Shown here piece after piece: positions 9,611 to 22,801 of a stretch of DNA of 64,000 nt (positions are counted from its first letter, which is position 1; every line of letters begins with the position of its first letter). Source of the stretch: Octopus sinensis (Eukaryota). A model generated the notes under the pieces. The model did not search any database. It had not been told where the DNA came from and saw only the letters and a program-made list of their open reading frames with translations. The stretch spans positions 63,922,001 to 63,986,000 of the forward strand of contig NC_043002.1 of assembly GCF_006345805.1 (NCBI RefSeq), given 5' to 3'. The position numbers were made by a program, and so were the translations under genes.

Positions 9611-12165
9611 GTGATATACATATATAGTAAACAGTACAAAAACGAATAAATGAGAAAGTAATACAAGTTAGCAGAGATTATTGAGTGAGGATTGTCTGGA
9701 TTTTCTTTGTGGGAGAGAAGAGAGGAAATAGCTGCTGTTCTTCTGTACTACATAACTTGTAACATCAGACTGCTTATCTCGGCATTTAATAGTCTACAAT
9801 GAACATGCCAACCATACTACAGTTTGGAAGACAAGATTTATGATAGTAGTATATATAAATATATATATGCGTAAGCATTAATACCGGTGAAGTAACGACA
9901 GGTGAAATCGGTTTTTTACATCCTTGTGAAGATGAAAACTAGGCATCAATATGGATGATAGACACGATCTGACGCAGATTAGTCTAATCATTAAGTACCC
10001 AAATGAACAACAACTGTTGGTCCTGAGTTGTCTATATCCAGGTCACTTTGTTTCAAAAGTATATATCATTAAGATAGATATGTTTATTGAACTCGAGTTA
10101 CGAATATCAATGCATACAATACTGTATGTACGTTCATCTTATTTAACGTGTTTCAAACGTGGTGAGCCTAATGTTTAACGTGCGTTGGTACGGTGAAAAC
10201 AAATTGTAATTTATAGCTTTCAATATAAAACAGTAAATGCTATTTCCTTGAGAGGAAAGATATTATGGAAATAAAATTAAGGCGAAATTTTCATCACGAA
10301 AATATATTTTGTCTCTTCTAGATTTTGCTGGACTTTAATGAATACATTTCAGGCAAATAATAAGACTGTAAAAGTTAGCCTAAAGCGATAGAGATAAAAA
10401 CAACTGAGAATTGATCTTGTATTTTACGGTCATGTATAAGTGCTTCGAAAAATTAGCATTTCTATGCAAAATACTGCTGCACCAGCCATTGAAAACAGCA
10501 GCAAGGATACAAAATTTTAGAAAAAATCGTTAGGTTGTTTCAAACCTTGCTGAAAAACAATATTGATATTTTGAAGCATGCTACCTTCTTTCTTCAATAT
10601 AATAATTGTGAAATTTAAAAGATGCACCGGTCAGATTGAACACTGATTAAGTTAGAGATATTTGACAGTGTTTAATAGTTATCATATGTATATATGATAA
10701 CTACGTTGTACTTGAAATAAAATGACTATGCTTGTTACACTGTAACACAAGTAACAAGCATAAAACAGCCACTGGGAAATTGATAGGAAGCATGTCCTAC
10801 TTTAAAAACTGGTAGTTGATGAGTTTAAGAAGGATATTTTCAGCATTGTAATTCCTGTCAGTGCAAGGTATTTTTCGATGTAATTATTATCACGACTCGG
10901 AATCGAACTCGGAATTTTGGGGTTAGTATAATTGCAAGGTTTGGATCGTCGGTTTGGTTTCCGTTATAACTATTGTTGATGGATGGACGGCCCCGTATTT
11001 TTTAAATTAATTTTGAGCGATGTAATCATTATTTACTGTATTGATTAACTGTACATTTACGATCTGTGATAACACCATTGTTGCCATCGTAAAAGATATA
11101 TACTTACCAATCTTCGCGTGTTGGTGTTTTAACAATATGTCCAGCTTGCGATATGTAAAGAAACATGATGACGAAGAGAGACATGTCTTTTTAAAATTTG
11201 GTACAAGATCGAGAGTCATATGCTATATTCTGTTGGAATTAAAGATGCCTTATAACCGATACTGTATATAACATTAACGATCATTATATTTTCAGTTACA
11301 GTTATGGTAAGAGCTCATGTATTAAGGTATTAATGCAGATTTAGTTACTGTCTAATATTTATTCACAAATTTTGTATATATCTTTGATAACTTACATATG
11401 TATCGACCAAAGATTGGCCCAGGCCATGTCTCTCTTCGTCAGCTCTCCTTGTATTTTCATATGAGATGTTTTAAAATTCCTAGTAATGTTGTGCCTCTGG
11501 TATACTCACATGGATTTCCTTAATTTTGCAGGCGTTTACACTCATTCAAATGTTGCTCAGATGTAAAAAGTTTTGAATAGCGAATAATAATCCTTCTATT
11601 CGTGTGGATTCTATTGCAACGTGTTGCTACGGATTTCAAGAAATTACGAGATGCAACAGTTAGTTAAATTCGTTTTTATTTAGAATGAAATACATCAAAC
11701 AAGGTGAATATATATATCCATGTATATCTGCAAATGTTATTGCAAGAAATAACTATATCTTTTGTGTTTCGTTACCGTAACGTGGTAGATTTCTAATTCT
11801 GTAATTAATACTAATACGATTAAACTTACATTTCCTTGTCCTTCCCGTCTTTGCAATTATAAGGATTAGTAGATCATCCCTTAGGGTTATATAAGAAGTC
11901 ATCTGCATGAATTTTCCACGTTGCTTAATGATTAAAGTTGACTTAAATACGGTATTCCATTAATCAGTATTAATCTAGATACTATGGACCTGTTATCGTT
12001 GTTAAGCGTATCATCGTTATTCGAGTTATCTCTCTTATGGTCGTGTATGATGTTACAGTCGGACACATTTGGGGATTTGGAATTTTGCCATCGAAGGCAA
12101 GCAAAGTGATGGAATCAAATACATATAGACTTACAGGGATCAGATACACACACACACATACATAC

Positions 12166-12245
<80 letters not shown>

Positions 12246-12489
12246 TGGTGTGTGTGTGTGCGTGTGTGTGTGTGTGTGTGTAGAAAATTAAGGAGAGAAG
12301 ACACATTCAAAGAACGATGTACATAATCATTCAATCCATATAACGAAATTCCCCATGCTATACAATATACATACATAGATGCATACATTTATATGATATA
12401 TTTTAAAAAGTCTAAGAATTTATAAATACATACATGTACACTAAAATTTAATAAATAAATATTCATGCCTATATTAACAAATACATACA

Positions 12490-12550
<61 letters not shown>

Positions 12551-12948
12551 GTCATTGTCTCTTTCGTTCTGTGTATAAATTCTTCCTTGTATAGCCATGA
12601 GAAAATGTGGTGCAAAAATATGAAATACAGAATTGGATCACGACATCAGTCTGGGCGTTGCTTGAGCATTAGTAGATGAATGGCGTGAATGAATGACATT
12701 AGTTGTGGCATTTAAATCGACTAGCAGATATGTTCTATTGTGCAGAAGAAAAATAGAAAGACAAAAAAAATTATACTACTCTTACTTCTATGAGGAATTT
12801 AAAGATTTGTGTAATTAGTAGTAAAATATGTTTTTTTTTTTAAATTGCACTTATTCAGAAAAGAATGGTTGCAATCAAGAATAACGAGTTATCTCCCTTC
12901 GTATACCTAGGGGATTTACAGAAAACTGACAGATAATTAGATGTAGAG

Positions 12949-13740
12949 GAGGGTGCGATGAATAAATTGTTGCCAAAATTACGCAAACATGAAAATAACA
13001 CTGACATCTCATTTTAGCAGATACATTTCGCGAAGTTAAATAAAATCATCTTGAAATGCTAAAGAGTAAATTTATTCACCAAAATTCCCATTGCTTTCAA
13101 CTACAGCGACCAGACGACTTCGGAACATCCTGCAACTATTTTTGTTCAACACAACTCCATACATAATAATCGAGGGCCATGCAGCCTGAAGAGTTACGTG
13201 ACCAGTTATTAGGGGTGAAGTGGTTGCACAAATTGTCTGACAGCCATGGCTTCGGTCTCCTGCTTGTGTCGTATGTTGCAGAAACCTGTTGCCAGACATA
13301 GGGTCGTCCAGCAACAACCTTTTATACCCAGAACAGCACTAACTATTCCAGGCACTTGAGAAAGGCCTCCATGTTGAGACTGACGCTGTGCTGGAAGAAT
13401 GGAGGAATAACGTCCCCATCACTAGTCTTAATTCCAAACACCATAATGTTGACTGGATGTTTCATGTTTATCCCTCCCGATACATCTCCTCAGATTGCAT
13501 TGTCTCAGATTGACACGCAAACACACTGAACTGATTGTATAGGAGCTTCCGCCACAAATGGCAAGTAGTATAGCACTTTTTTCCAAATTCCTGGCAGAGT
13601 GAATGCGTCATTGACCTGGTTTTCTCAAATACGGAGCACAAATGATCCTATGATACGGTGTAGTCAACAAAATAAAAAATACAATGCGCTTGCACGAAAT
13701 TACAAATAGAAGATTGTGAAAATTTTCACATCACACACTG
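12949..13740 (-). mobile_element. Tc1/mariner (maT/DD37D-like) transposon relic
   Basis: Minus-strand broken translation MKHPVNIMVFG..SDGDVIPPF...VAGRPYVWQQVSA...WLSDN...LDYYVWS, typical of the maT catalytic domain. Degenerate TIRs at about 12949 and 13740, followed by TA. Confidence 0.8.
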
Positions 13741-13751
13741 TATATATATAT

Positions 13752-13795
<44 letters not shown>

Positions 13796-13799
<4 letters not shown>

Positions 13800-13851
13800 T
13801 ACAAAATTAGAGAATGGAGAAATATACTTCCATTCTCTAATTTTGTAGTAT
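13796..13851. repeat. Perfect 23-bp inverted repeat with 10-nt loop
   Basis: ATACTACAAAATTAGAGAATGGA / TCCATTCTCTAATTTTGTAGTAT. Confidence 0.95.
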
Positions 13852-14014
13852 TAATTTACGGTAATATTATTACCTTTACCCATATAATGCAATAGATGAA
13901 CTGATTGTTTGACAATTGTTAACATCTATGTATTAATTTGTTGGGTACCTATCTAGCAGTATATTGGATATATATTATCCCATGGTGGGTTAAATTTTCA
14001 ACCCCTATCTCATT

Positions 14015-14059
<45 letters not shown>

Positions 14060-14076
14060 GTATGCATGTATGTATA

Positions 14077-14663
14077 CGAGGGTATCTACACTTTCACCAT
14101 TACATAACGTTATTACTGTCACACTGCTTTTTTACACATACTTGCTTATTGTTGGTACTCTTGCAGTCACGTGATCGCGCCGTTTTTCTCTCTGGATTTA
14201 CAGTGTAAGCATGGCGACTCTATTAGCAATGTGCACCAAAGATCTGATTTCTCTGGTCGAAAAGTGTGTCGGAAGCTTTCAGCACAAGACGGGGTCAGTG
14301 CGCTACCGCCTGGAAATGTACATGAGTGGAACGAGAATTTTATAAGTGGCCGGAGAAGCGTGACACCCGTCAACATCTACAACTGACGAGAAGATTCAGC
14401 AAGCTCAAGAGACGGTAATAGTGAACCGTCTCACCATTACCATCTCTCGGATCACTGCTATTTGTTTCTCTTTAGTGCACATTGCCAGTGGAGCGGCCAT
14501 GATTACATGGTAAATCCAGAAAGAAAAATGGCGGAATTAGGCTCAAACATCGATCACGTGACGACAGTAGTACCCACTACAAACATGCATGCGCAGAAGG
14601 CAGTGTGATAATAATAAAGATATTTGACGTGGAAAGTGCAGACCATTTTTGACTTCCCCCTGG
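14077..14663 (+). mobile_element. Internally deleted mariner-type element
   Basis: TA|CGAGGG...CCCCTGG|TA ends, subterminal inverted repeat (CACTTT...TCACACTGC / GCAGTGTGA...AAAGTGCAG), and a remnant of the N-terminal HTH (RKLSAQDGVSALPPGNVHEWNENFISGRRSVT). Confidence 0.8.
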
Positions 14664-17600
14664 TATGTGTGTGTGTCAAATAAAAGACGGAAGATGGAAT
14701 ATGCGAGAATTTATAATTAATAAGGACTAGGATTTCGAGACATCTAGCATCGATCCCTCACGAGTGGGACACTCATCAACAGACTCGGGAGCATCCGGTG
14801 ATGCAGATGTGTCTCATCAGGTGATAAATAGATACAACTCGTTACAATAACAGTTTGACAATGTAACTTCTCGTTCTGTAGAGAAAAGCAGCCAGACGGA
14901 GGAAATATCGTCATATACATAGAAGATCAAAAATAAAATCCCAGCTAGAAAAAAAAAGAAAGGAATACGGAATACGGTGAGAAAATTATTAAAAATAAAC
15001 GTTAACAAGTATGGGTGTATAAAACCTCTTGGGCAAGCTGCATATATTTATATATATCTTTGTTTGTATGCGTGAGTATATTATTATATTCAGTTATACT
15101 ATGTTGTCGAAGCCATGTCTGTATAGGTTGTTTATGGTTAATGTACAATGTCGTTACATTCACTGTGTTGAGCTGCACATATCTATATAAAGCCATATGT
15201 GTGTGAGTGTGTGTGTGTGTGAGTGTGTGTGTGTGTGTGTGTGTCTGAGTGTGTGTGTGTGTGTGTGTGTGTGTCTGTGTGTGTGTGTGTGTGAAAATGA
15301 ATAACGTAAAAGAATATACGAAATTTTTCGAAATAACGGTGAACCGGATTGTGTCAAAAAGTAAAGGGTTAAAGGTGTTTGTTAATGCCTACGACTTGAT
15401 TGCTAAGAATCTAAGGAAAGTCATGTTAGAATTTACAAACATTATATGATGATAAGCAACGTGTACAGACTCACTGACTTTCCTATAGTCACTTAGTGCA
15501 AATACGTCTGTGATAATTTAGAGAAATCATTCACTTCTGTACTGATTCTTTAATGGTTGTTTTTTATAGGTGTGTGAGTGTGGCTGTGTGTGTGAGCGTG
15601 TTTTGGTGTGTGTGTGTGTATTTGTGTATGAGAAATAAAAAGACTGTCTGGGTGTATGCATGCACCTATACGCGTACGTAATCTACCAGGGAAGCAACAT
15701 TAAAAGTTCAGGTAGTTTTCTGTTGAAACTGACCTTGCTATTTCCAGGCATAAAAAAACAAGAACTGTAGAAAAAGAAGAAAAGAACAATCAGAATGGAG
15801 TTGCAAAAAGTATTTGTACGCTTCTATGTCAACTCATGGTGAGATGGTGGAGATTGAAAGACGGGAATTTGCAATGGCGGAATGAAGTTTCCTGCGTACA
15901 GGTGGAAGAGGGGAGGTAATTGCCAGCATATTACGTATGTGTAGATATGTAGGTTTGCCTAAGCTTTATACTGGTCCTTCTTTACACATTATATATTCAG
16001 TATTGTGCTTGTATATATAGATGTGACATAATTGTGCATGTATGAATGTCTGTAAGGTTAGCGAGTATAGCAAGACGTTTTCCGCGGCAACACCTTTGCA
16101 GTCATATCTGCGAGACGCGGCTGAAACGAAGAGTTAACTGGGGTACATAACCAGTTACTCCATTTTGTCAGACATCTTTCGTTGCTTAATTCCACCGTTT
16201 TTTTTTTCTTATTTTGTGTTCCTTTGCCAAAGAATATCTGGGGTTTTTTCGCGAAAAATTAATCTCATATTCTTTTAATCTTTTTGATTGAGTCTTCCTG
16301 TAGAATTATGTCGTTACATAAATTTTGGTAGCAGCAGCGTAACATCATCTTTCTTTTGTTGCTATTCTGAACATCTGTGCGCGTGTGTGTATGTGTGTGT
16401 GCGTATGTATGTGTGCGGTCGGTGCACGTGTGTATGTGTATGTATGTATTTATATGTATGTGTGAAATCTAAGTGTCGTTGAATGAAATAAAGGATATGT
16501 TCAGTTATATTCCTCATTTTTGCCTTTATTAGGACATGGAAAGACAAAATACTGCACACGTTCTCTATTTATAAAGTGTACGGCTTTAAACACATGGATA
16601 ACATCACCGGACCGTATGATCCATGTGTTTTTGTGACGTTACGCTTCATCAGGAATGTATGCCAAGCTGTTGAATTTTGCGACTAAGAGATGGATCGCTC
16701 ATAGGTTAAAGTAGCAAATGCTACGTTAGCTGACACATGAAAATGTTCAGAAGCTGAAAAAAAAATAGCTCTCTACTATGTAGCATCGAAGGAAATATAG
16801 TTATGTCGAGACACATTCAATATTTGTGTACATTTGTAATGGCAAAAACCGTACGTTTCACAACATGCACAGTTGCTCAAGCCGCACCAGGGCACAAATT
16901 CCTCTACTCTGAACCGTCTCAGTGTAACATTGATCACATGAAAATCCACTCTTTCAAGCAATGAATGGTTGAAGGCAACTATATTTGTACTATGGAATCT
17001 GTATATCACGTAACACAGCTTCAGACCTTTCGCTTGCCAGTGGTATATGAACCATCTGGTTAAAAATATATATGCTGCACTTACTGTGACATATCACGTC
17101 TTACTCTCTAATAATATAGGACATTTTCATATGTCAATGACGGGGCCTTCCATGATGTGGATTCTGTCAGCAAATTTCACTTTCGTGCATGGTTTACGAC
17201 TGCTTACAGAAATAATCACTGGTTTCAAAAGAACAAGTTTTCTGTTCGGATATAATTATAATTAGATGTGTGACACTAAAATAAGAAGACATACCTCCTA
17301 AAAATCGCTTTTGAACCAAACAGGAAAATGACAGGAGGTCATATATTATGTCCGTGCATCTCAAAATTTATACGCAGGTTTTGAAGCGCTGAATGATGAC
17401 TAATCGGAAGATCTCAACTTGAAGTTCTGACCTCACATATTTGGATGTTGTTGTGTTTTGCTATAATCGGGATGAGTTCCACAGCACAGAATTCACGTGC
17501 GTTAAGCATATATAGTAAGAGAAAAGGTGAATAATCATAGGAGCAAAGTTCTTGAAGGATTCGATTGCAATAGACGAAAACTGAAGTCTGGCTAGTTATT

Positions 17601-17989
17601 TAATATTGTAATGAATATTAAAATAATGAAAGTACATAAACAGTGTATTTAAGAAATAAGCGCAATGTTGTTCAAATATTAATAACACATCACAGAATAT
17701 AAATATATCAAGTATGATGTCTGAATTCTATCGTATGTATATACGTACGTGTGTGTGTGTGTGTGTGTGTGAGTGTCTATATTATCCGAAATGTATAGTA
17801 TTTAATATCCATCACGGCTGGTTTTACAAATCCATATCGCGCAAAGTATACAAGGGAGCGTTAGGTAACAAACCGATTATATAAGTTTACCATCATTAGA
17901 GTTAAGCCATTTGGAAGGGAATATGGTGACTGCCCTCTATTCTTTTTTTTTTTTTTGGTCGGAGAAGAGACTGGTCCTATCAGAAAATT

Positions 17990-18310
17990 AAAGCTATCGG
18001 GTGTCTGTTCTAAGTTTACTTTGGAAAGGGCTCGAGAACTTACAGAATTCCCGGCGGGGTACTATGTTCCATAGGTCGTCCTTGAAGGCTTCCAGTTACT
18101 TAATCTTGGATGAAAACTTCCTACACTTAAGCCCCAAATGTTCGGCTTCTGTTGGTGGTTTGGGCAAAGTAAAAACCATTTAATCCCATCCACCTGAACA
18201 ATTCTAATGTTTTCTCCAGCAGCAAACTTGTATGGAGCTCGAACGGAAGTGTTGGGGTATTCTTTGTTGAATATCCAATGCTGTAATATTCCAAATCCAT
18301 TTCTAAAGGA
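17990..18310 (-). mobile_element. Penelope-like retroelement N-terminal fragment
   Basis: Broken minus-strand translation GYSTKNTPTLP...LLEKTLELFRWMG...LEAFKDDLWNIV...FSSPFQSKLRTD resembles the conserved pre-RT region of Penelope-like elements (from recall). Confidence 0.6.
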
Positions 18311-18652
18311 TGTTTAAAAAATAATATGATCTTTGATGTCTATGAACAGTGCAACGCTTATAAGCGTAGGAATATGGCTCAAGCTGAGGAAGATCTAGTG
18401 GAATACACTCTACGTTATGTACCAGTGCGTGCTTGCGTTCGTGCGTGAGCCATCTAAGTGAGCATAACTCAGGGAGTAGAGAGCAGTCATCATATTCCCT
18501 TACGTATCGGCTAATTCTGATGAGCGTAATATTATATAATCTGTTTGTTACAGAAAGCTCCATTGCATACTTTACGCAAAACCGATTGGTAAGACCAGCG
18601 TGATGGATATTGATATTATACATTTCAGATAATATACATACAAATTCATATA

Positions 18653-18693
<41 letters not shown>

Positions 18694-18805
18694 TACACAC
18701 ACTGAGGGAGAGAGAGAGAGGAGAGATGAGAGAGAGAGATACATACATACAAAAATATATATATATTATATATATATTATAATATATATATTATATATAT
18801 ATATC

Positions 18806-19030
18806 AGGGGAATTTTACCATTATGTGAACACCCTTATGCTTGAAGATCCGCTATGGTCTTAACCACTCAGAATTGTTCTCTAGAAAATTTACCAAACAC
18901 CAGAAACGTAATCGAGCAAGACAAATGAAAAGTAACAAAATATAGATTAATCATAAACACATGTTTCACTATCAACAAATTACGTAATTTTACTTACACA
19001 ATTTATCTGTAGATCTTCATTATGATCGTC
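18806..19030. repeat. Direct partial copy of the adjacent foldback element
   Basis: About 80% identical by eye to 19345-19572 (GGGAATT..ACCA.TATGTG...GATCTTCA.TATGATCGT). Confidence 0.85.
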
Positions 19031-19227
19031 TATACATATATATATATCAGCTGCAGAACTACACGCCAGACATCAACACGAGATCGAAAATACATGCAGT
19101 TCTACCTATTACAGTTGTGGTTATTTTTCAAAAGTCTTCGTTTCGACGCGCTAAAATACCGGAAATAATATGGCATAAAATAATTCACTGCAGTAGTCTT
19201 TGCCGGTTTGAGAACGTATTAATATAA

Positions 19228-19754
19228 AATTAAAATTAAAATGAGGGTGAAAAATTGGATATTAATTTGATAACATCAATGTTAACACCACTGGTCTAGC
19301 ATATAAAAAAACTGAGGTTTAGTAAATAGTATTACATATATAAATATAAGAGGGAATTGTACCACTATGTGGAAACCCTTATACTAGAAGATCCGGTATG
19401 GTCTTAACACTCAGAATTGTTCTCTAGAAAACTTACCAAAGACCAGAAACGGATGCGAGAAAGACATATGAAAAGTATCAAAGATATAGATTAATCATAA
19501 ACACACGTTTCACAATCAGCAAATTATGTAATTGTAGTTAGATAATTTATCTATAGATCTTCAGTATGATCGTATTGGTTAAGACCATAGCGGATCTTCT
19601 TCTAGCATAAGGGCTTCTACATATTGACAAAATTCCCTCTTATATTTATATATGTAATACTATTTACTGGACCTCAGTTTTTTTTATATGCAAGACCACT
19701 GGTGTTAAAATTGATATTATCAAATTAATATCCAATTTTTTCCACTCATTTTAA

Positions 19755-19762
<8 letters not shown>
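19228..19762. mobile_element. Foldback/MITE-like element (about 180-bp inverted arms)
   Basis: 19228-19408 is the reverse complement of 19578-19762 (about 88% by eye); ends in a (TA)n tract; no coding capacity. Confidence 0.8.
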
Positions 19763-19803
<41 letters not shown>

Positions 19804-20645
19804 TATGTATCAAATGAAGTAAAATGAAAAACAGGACACAAAGGATGTCGCGGTACATATGTTTCGAGCTTTATAGAACAACTTATTCTTACATCAATGC
19901 ATAATCGACATAACAGATAGTTCAAAAGCCCTCTTCACCCGCATGCAATTGCTACACCAAAGACTTGTATCACATTATGAAAGGTTTGAGAAAACATTTG
20001 GTATTGTTTATAATGGTAGGTAAACCGAGTTTCACTGGGAAAGTATGTTTGTAAATCGTCATAATCAAATAGGCATACATGATATTATTAGACTCCAAAA
20101 AATCGTCCATACCGTTTTCTCATATATATACATATATAAATCGCGTAATCTAGGCAGTTGCCTCTTTCAATACTCTTACAGCTCTTACAAATACCAATCA
20201 GTTAAGAGAACATTTAAGACCGGAACAATTGTAGAGTAGAAGAAATATTGTCTACTTGTTTTCACACAAACTTAGAAAACCTGTCTCTTAACACATTCAG
20301 AACTTATTTAATAGGATGCGATGAACGAAAATACAATTTTCACATTTAGTCCTCGGGTACAAATGCTTCACAAAAATATAGCTAACAATTAATTTAAAAT
20401 AGGAATTTGTGGAAGGGCTATTAGTCTCCTTTAGTATCATCGATATTATGTAATCGATATTGCATAATTATCGATCTTATATAGTTTCTAGAAAATGCTC
20501 GGTTATCTATTTCCCATATGCTGTTGCATTAGTTCTATGGGATAAATGTGAAGCCAGTTATATTAGTTCCCCGCTGTTCACACATATATATGTGTATGAG
20601 AGTGTGTGTGCGTGTATGTGTGCATGCATGTACGCACGCACATAC

Positions 20646-20711
<66 letters not shown>

Positions 20712-20767
20712 TTGCATATTTGTCTATCAATCTATGTATCACCCTGTCTCACTCAATATATATATAT

Positions 20768-20800
<33 letters not shown>

Positions 20801-21295
20801 ACAGATATATATATATATATATATAATATGTATAACATATATATATATATATGTATACATATATATACATAAGTGTATATGCCTATCAACAGTTATGTAT
20901 TTTTTTAATATTTACAAATCTGGATTTAGCGATATATTGTTCACTTGAGGGATAGCATCGATATAAATAAAATTAATAACCGTAGTAGAAATTATACACC
21001 TGAACATTCGGGTATTAATTTTGGCATTAAATTCGGTAATTCTTTCGTGCTTCATGGAATAAAATGAACGATTTTATTCTTCTCTCCAGCTCATGAATGT
21101 CTCTTGGATAGAATCCGTTTGTTAAATAAGTAACAGTTCATATTAATTGTACCTTAGAGATATCCTCTTCATGATTGTATCACAACACATATATAGACTC
21201 ACACACGCTTGGCTTGAAACATTCACATAATCAAACAGAGACATACTTACAGATACACATACACACATACACATATGTACACGCAAATAGGAATT

Positions 21296-21326
<31 letters not shown>

Positions 21327-21404
21327 GTTTTATAGTGTGACTGTTGAATATTTTATTGTGCATTCCATTTTTAGTGAAGCAACAATCGATGAAGTGTGGT
21401 GAAA

Positions 21405-21610
21405 TATGTTTTTGTGTCTGTATTTTTCCTCCTACTTCGCATGACATCCAATCCTGGTGTGTTTACGTCCCCGTAACTTAGCGCTTCAGCCAAAAAGACC
21501 CATAGAATAAGTACTAGGGTTATAAAGAATAAGTCCTGGGGACGATTTGCTCGACTAAAGGCGGTGATCCAGCATGGCCACAGTCAAATGGCTGAAGCAA
21601 GTAAAAGAGA
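21405..21610 (+). mobile_element. SINE family A, 3' half
   Basis: GGTGTGTTTACGTCCCCGTAACTTAGCG...GACTAAAGGCGGTGATCCAGCATGGCC...AAGTAAAAGA. Confidence 0.9.
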
Positions 21611-22080
21611 GTAGATTTGAACTCAGAGAAAGGTTAAAAGAACAACAAAAGCAGATCAACTTCATCGGTTGACCTGTTGCACATATTGTCGTGCAATTCC
21701 TCGACTTTCAAAAACTGACAATTTAGACTAGGTAAAACGCCCCATTAATATCGATATTGCTGCTATGCGTAGAATTAATCTCTAAGTAATATTATACATG
21801 CAGTAAACATATTGCTCTAAAAGTTCTCTAACAGAAGCACAATTCAACAATCCACAAATTTTGAGGTTTGTCTACAATCATGTTTAAATATGTGCTCATA
21901 GATTCGAAGACGTTTCCTAAGCTTAGCGTTGCCCGATAAAAAAAGGAAAGACACCGAATCATTTAGCATTATTTGTAGTTGCGTCTATGCGTATACACAA
22001 GCATACAAGCATGTACGGATATGAGTATGGACATGCATATTTACACAGAGACACTCGAATAGAAAGATATAGAAATAGAT

Positions 22081-22801
22081 GTAAGGCCAAAACAGTGCGA
22101 AGTAAATGCAAGGTAAATCACAAGAAAAGAAATATGTGAATTAATGTAGACTTAACTTGTATTCAATATTTCGGAGTTATGACCCCATTTTTAAAAAAAT
22201 GACCAATGTTGCCGATGTGTTTGTGTGTGAGCGTGTGTGGAGAAGACATGCGCAGAAGCGTGTTGCTGTAGCAGCCTGCTAGCTCACTGTAACTCACTTC
22301 TATTGTTGACCTTGGATTTCTTTCGATGTATGAGGATGGTCTCAGCGATTTCTACGGTTACCTTTGTTCCGCCATGTTGCTTTGATGTGCACATATGTAT
22401 AAGCCGATGTTTATATATGTTTTCTCACTCATCAAAAACCACTGAGTAACAGGTTAAGACAGCTTTACATATGAATATCCATACGCAAAGTGCTCATCGG
22501 AGCAACACAGCGTAACAGGGGAAACCTTAGAATCCTTGTGGCCATCCTAATACACCAAAAGAAACGCAAGATCAACAATAGAAGGGAGCTAAAGGAATTT
22601 AGCTGGTTGTTATAGCAACATTCTTCTGCGCATGTCCACTACACAAATGCTCACAGACACGCACATCGGCAACATTCGTCACTTTCTTGAAAATGGGGTC
22701 ATAATCCCCAAATATTGAATACGGAGGTAAGTCTACATTAATTCACATATATGTTTTCTTGTAATTTACCTTGCATTTACTTCGCATTGTTTTGTCCTTA
22801 C
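22081..22801. mobile_element. Foldback/MITE-like element (about 185-bp inverted arms)
   Basis: 22081-22267 is the reverse complement of 22614-22801 (e.g. GCGAAGTAAATGCAAGGTAAAT / ATTTACCTTGCATTTACTTCGC). Confidence 0.8.

Noticed and set aside
10900-10935. tRNA B-box-like CCGAGTTCGATTCCGAG on the minus strand
   Set aside because: No cloverleaf or acceptor stem; most likely a SINE fragment.
11108-11229. Minus-strand segment with CAG acceptor and GTAAGT donor
   Set aside because: All three frames from the acceptor hit an early stop; could only be non-coding or UTR, with no further support.
14725-14825. Minus-strand CTGATGA...GAAA with a long intervening stem (hammerhead-like)
   Set aside because: Stem II is out of register by 2 nt, and neither stem I nor stem III can be formed.
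17296-17580. Minus-strand exon-like segment ending GAG|GTATGT
   Set aside because: Stop codons in all three frames.
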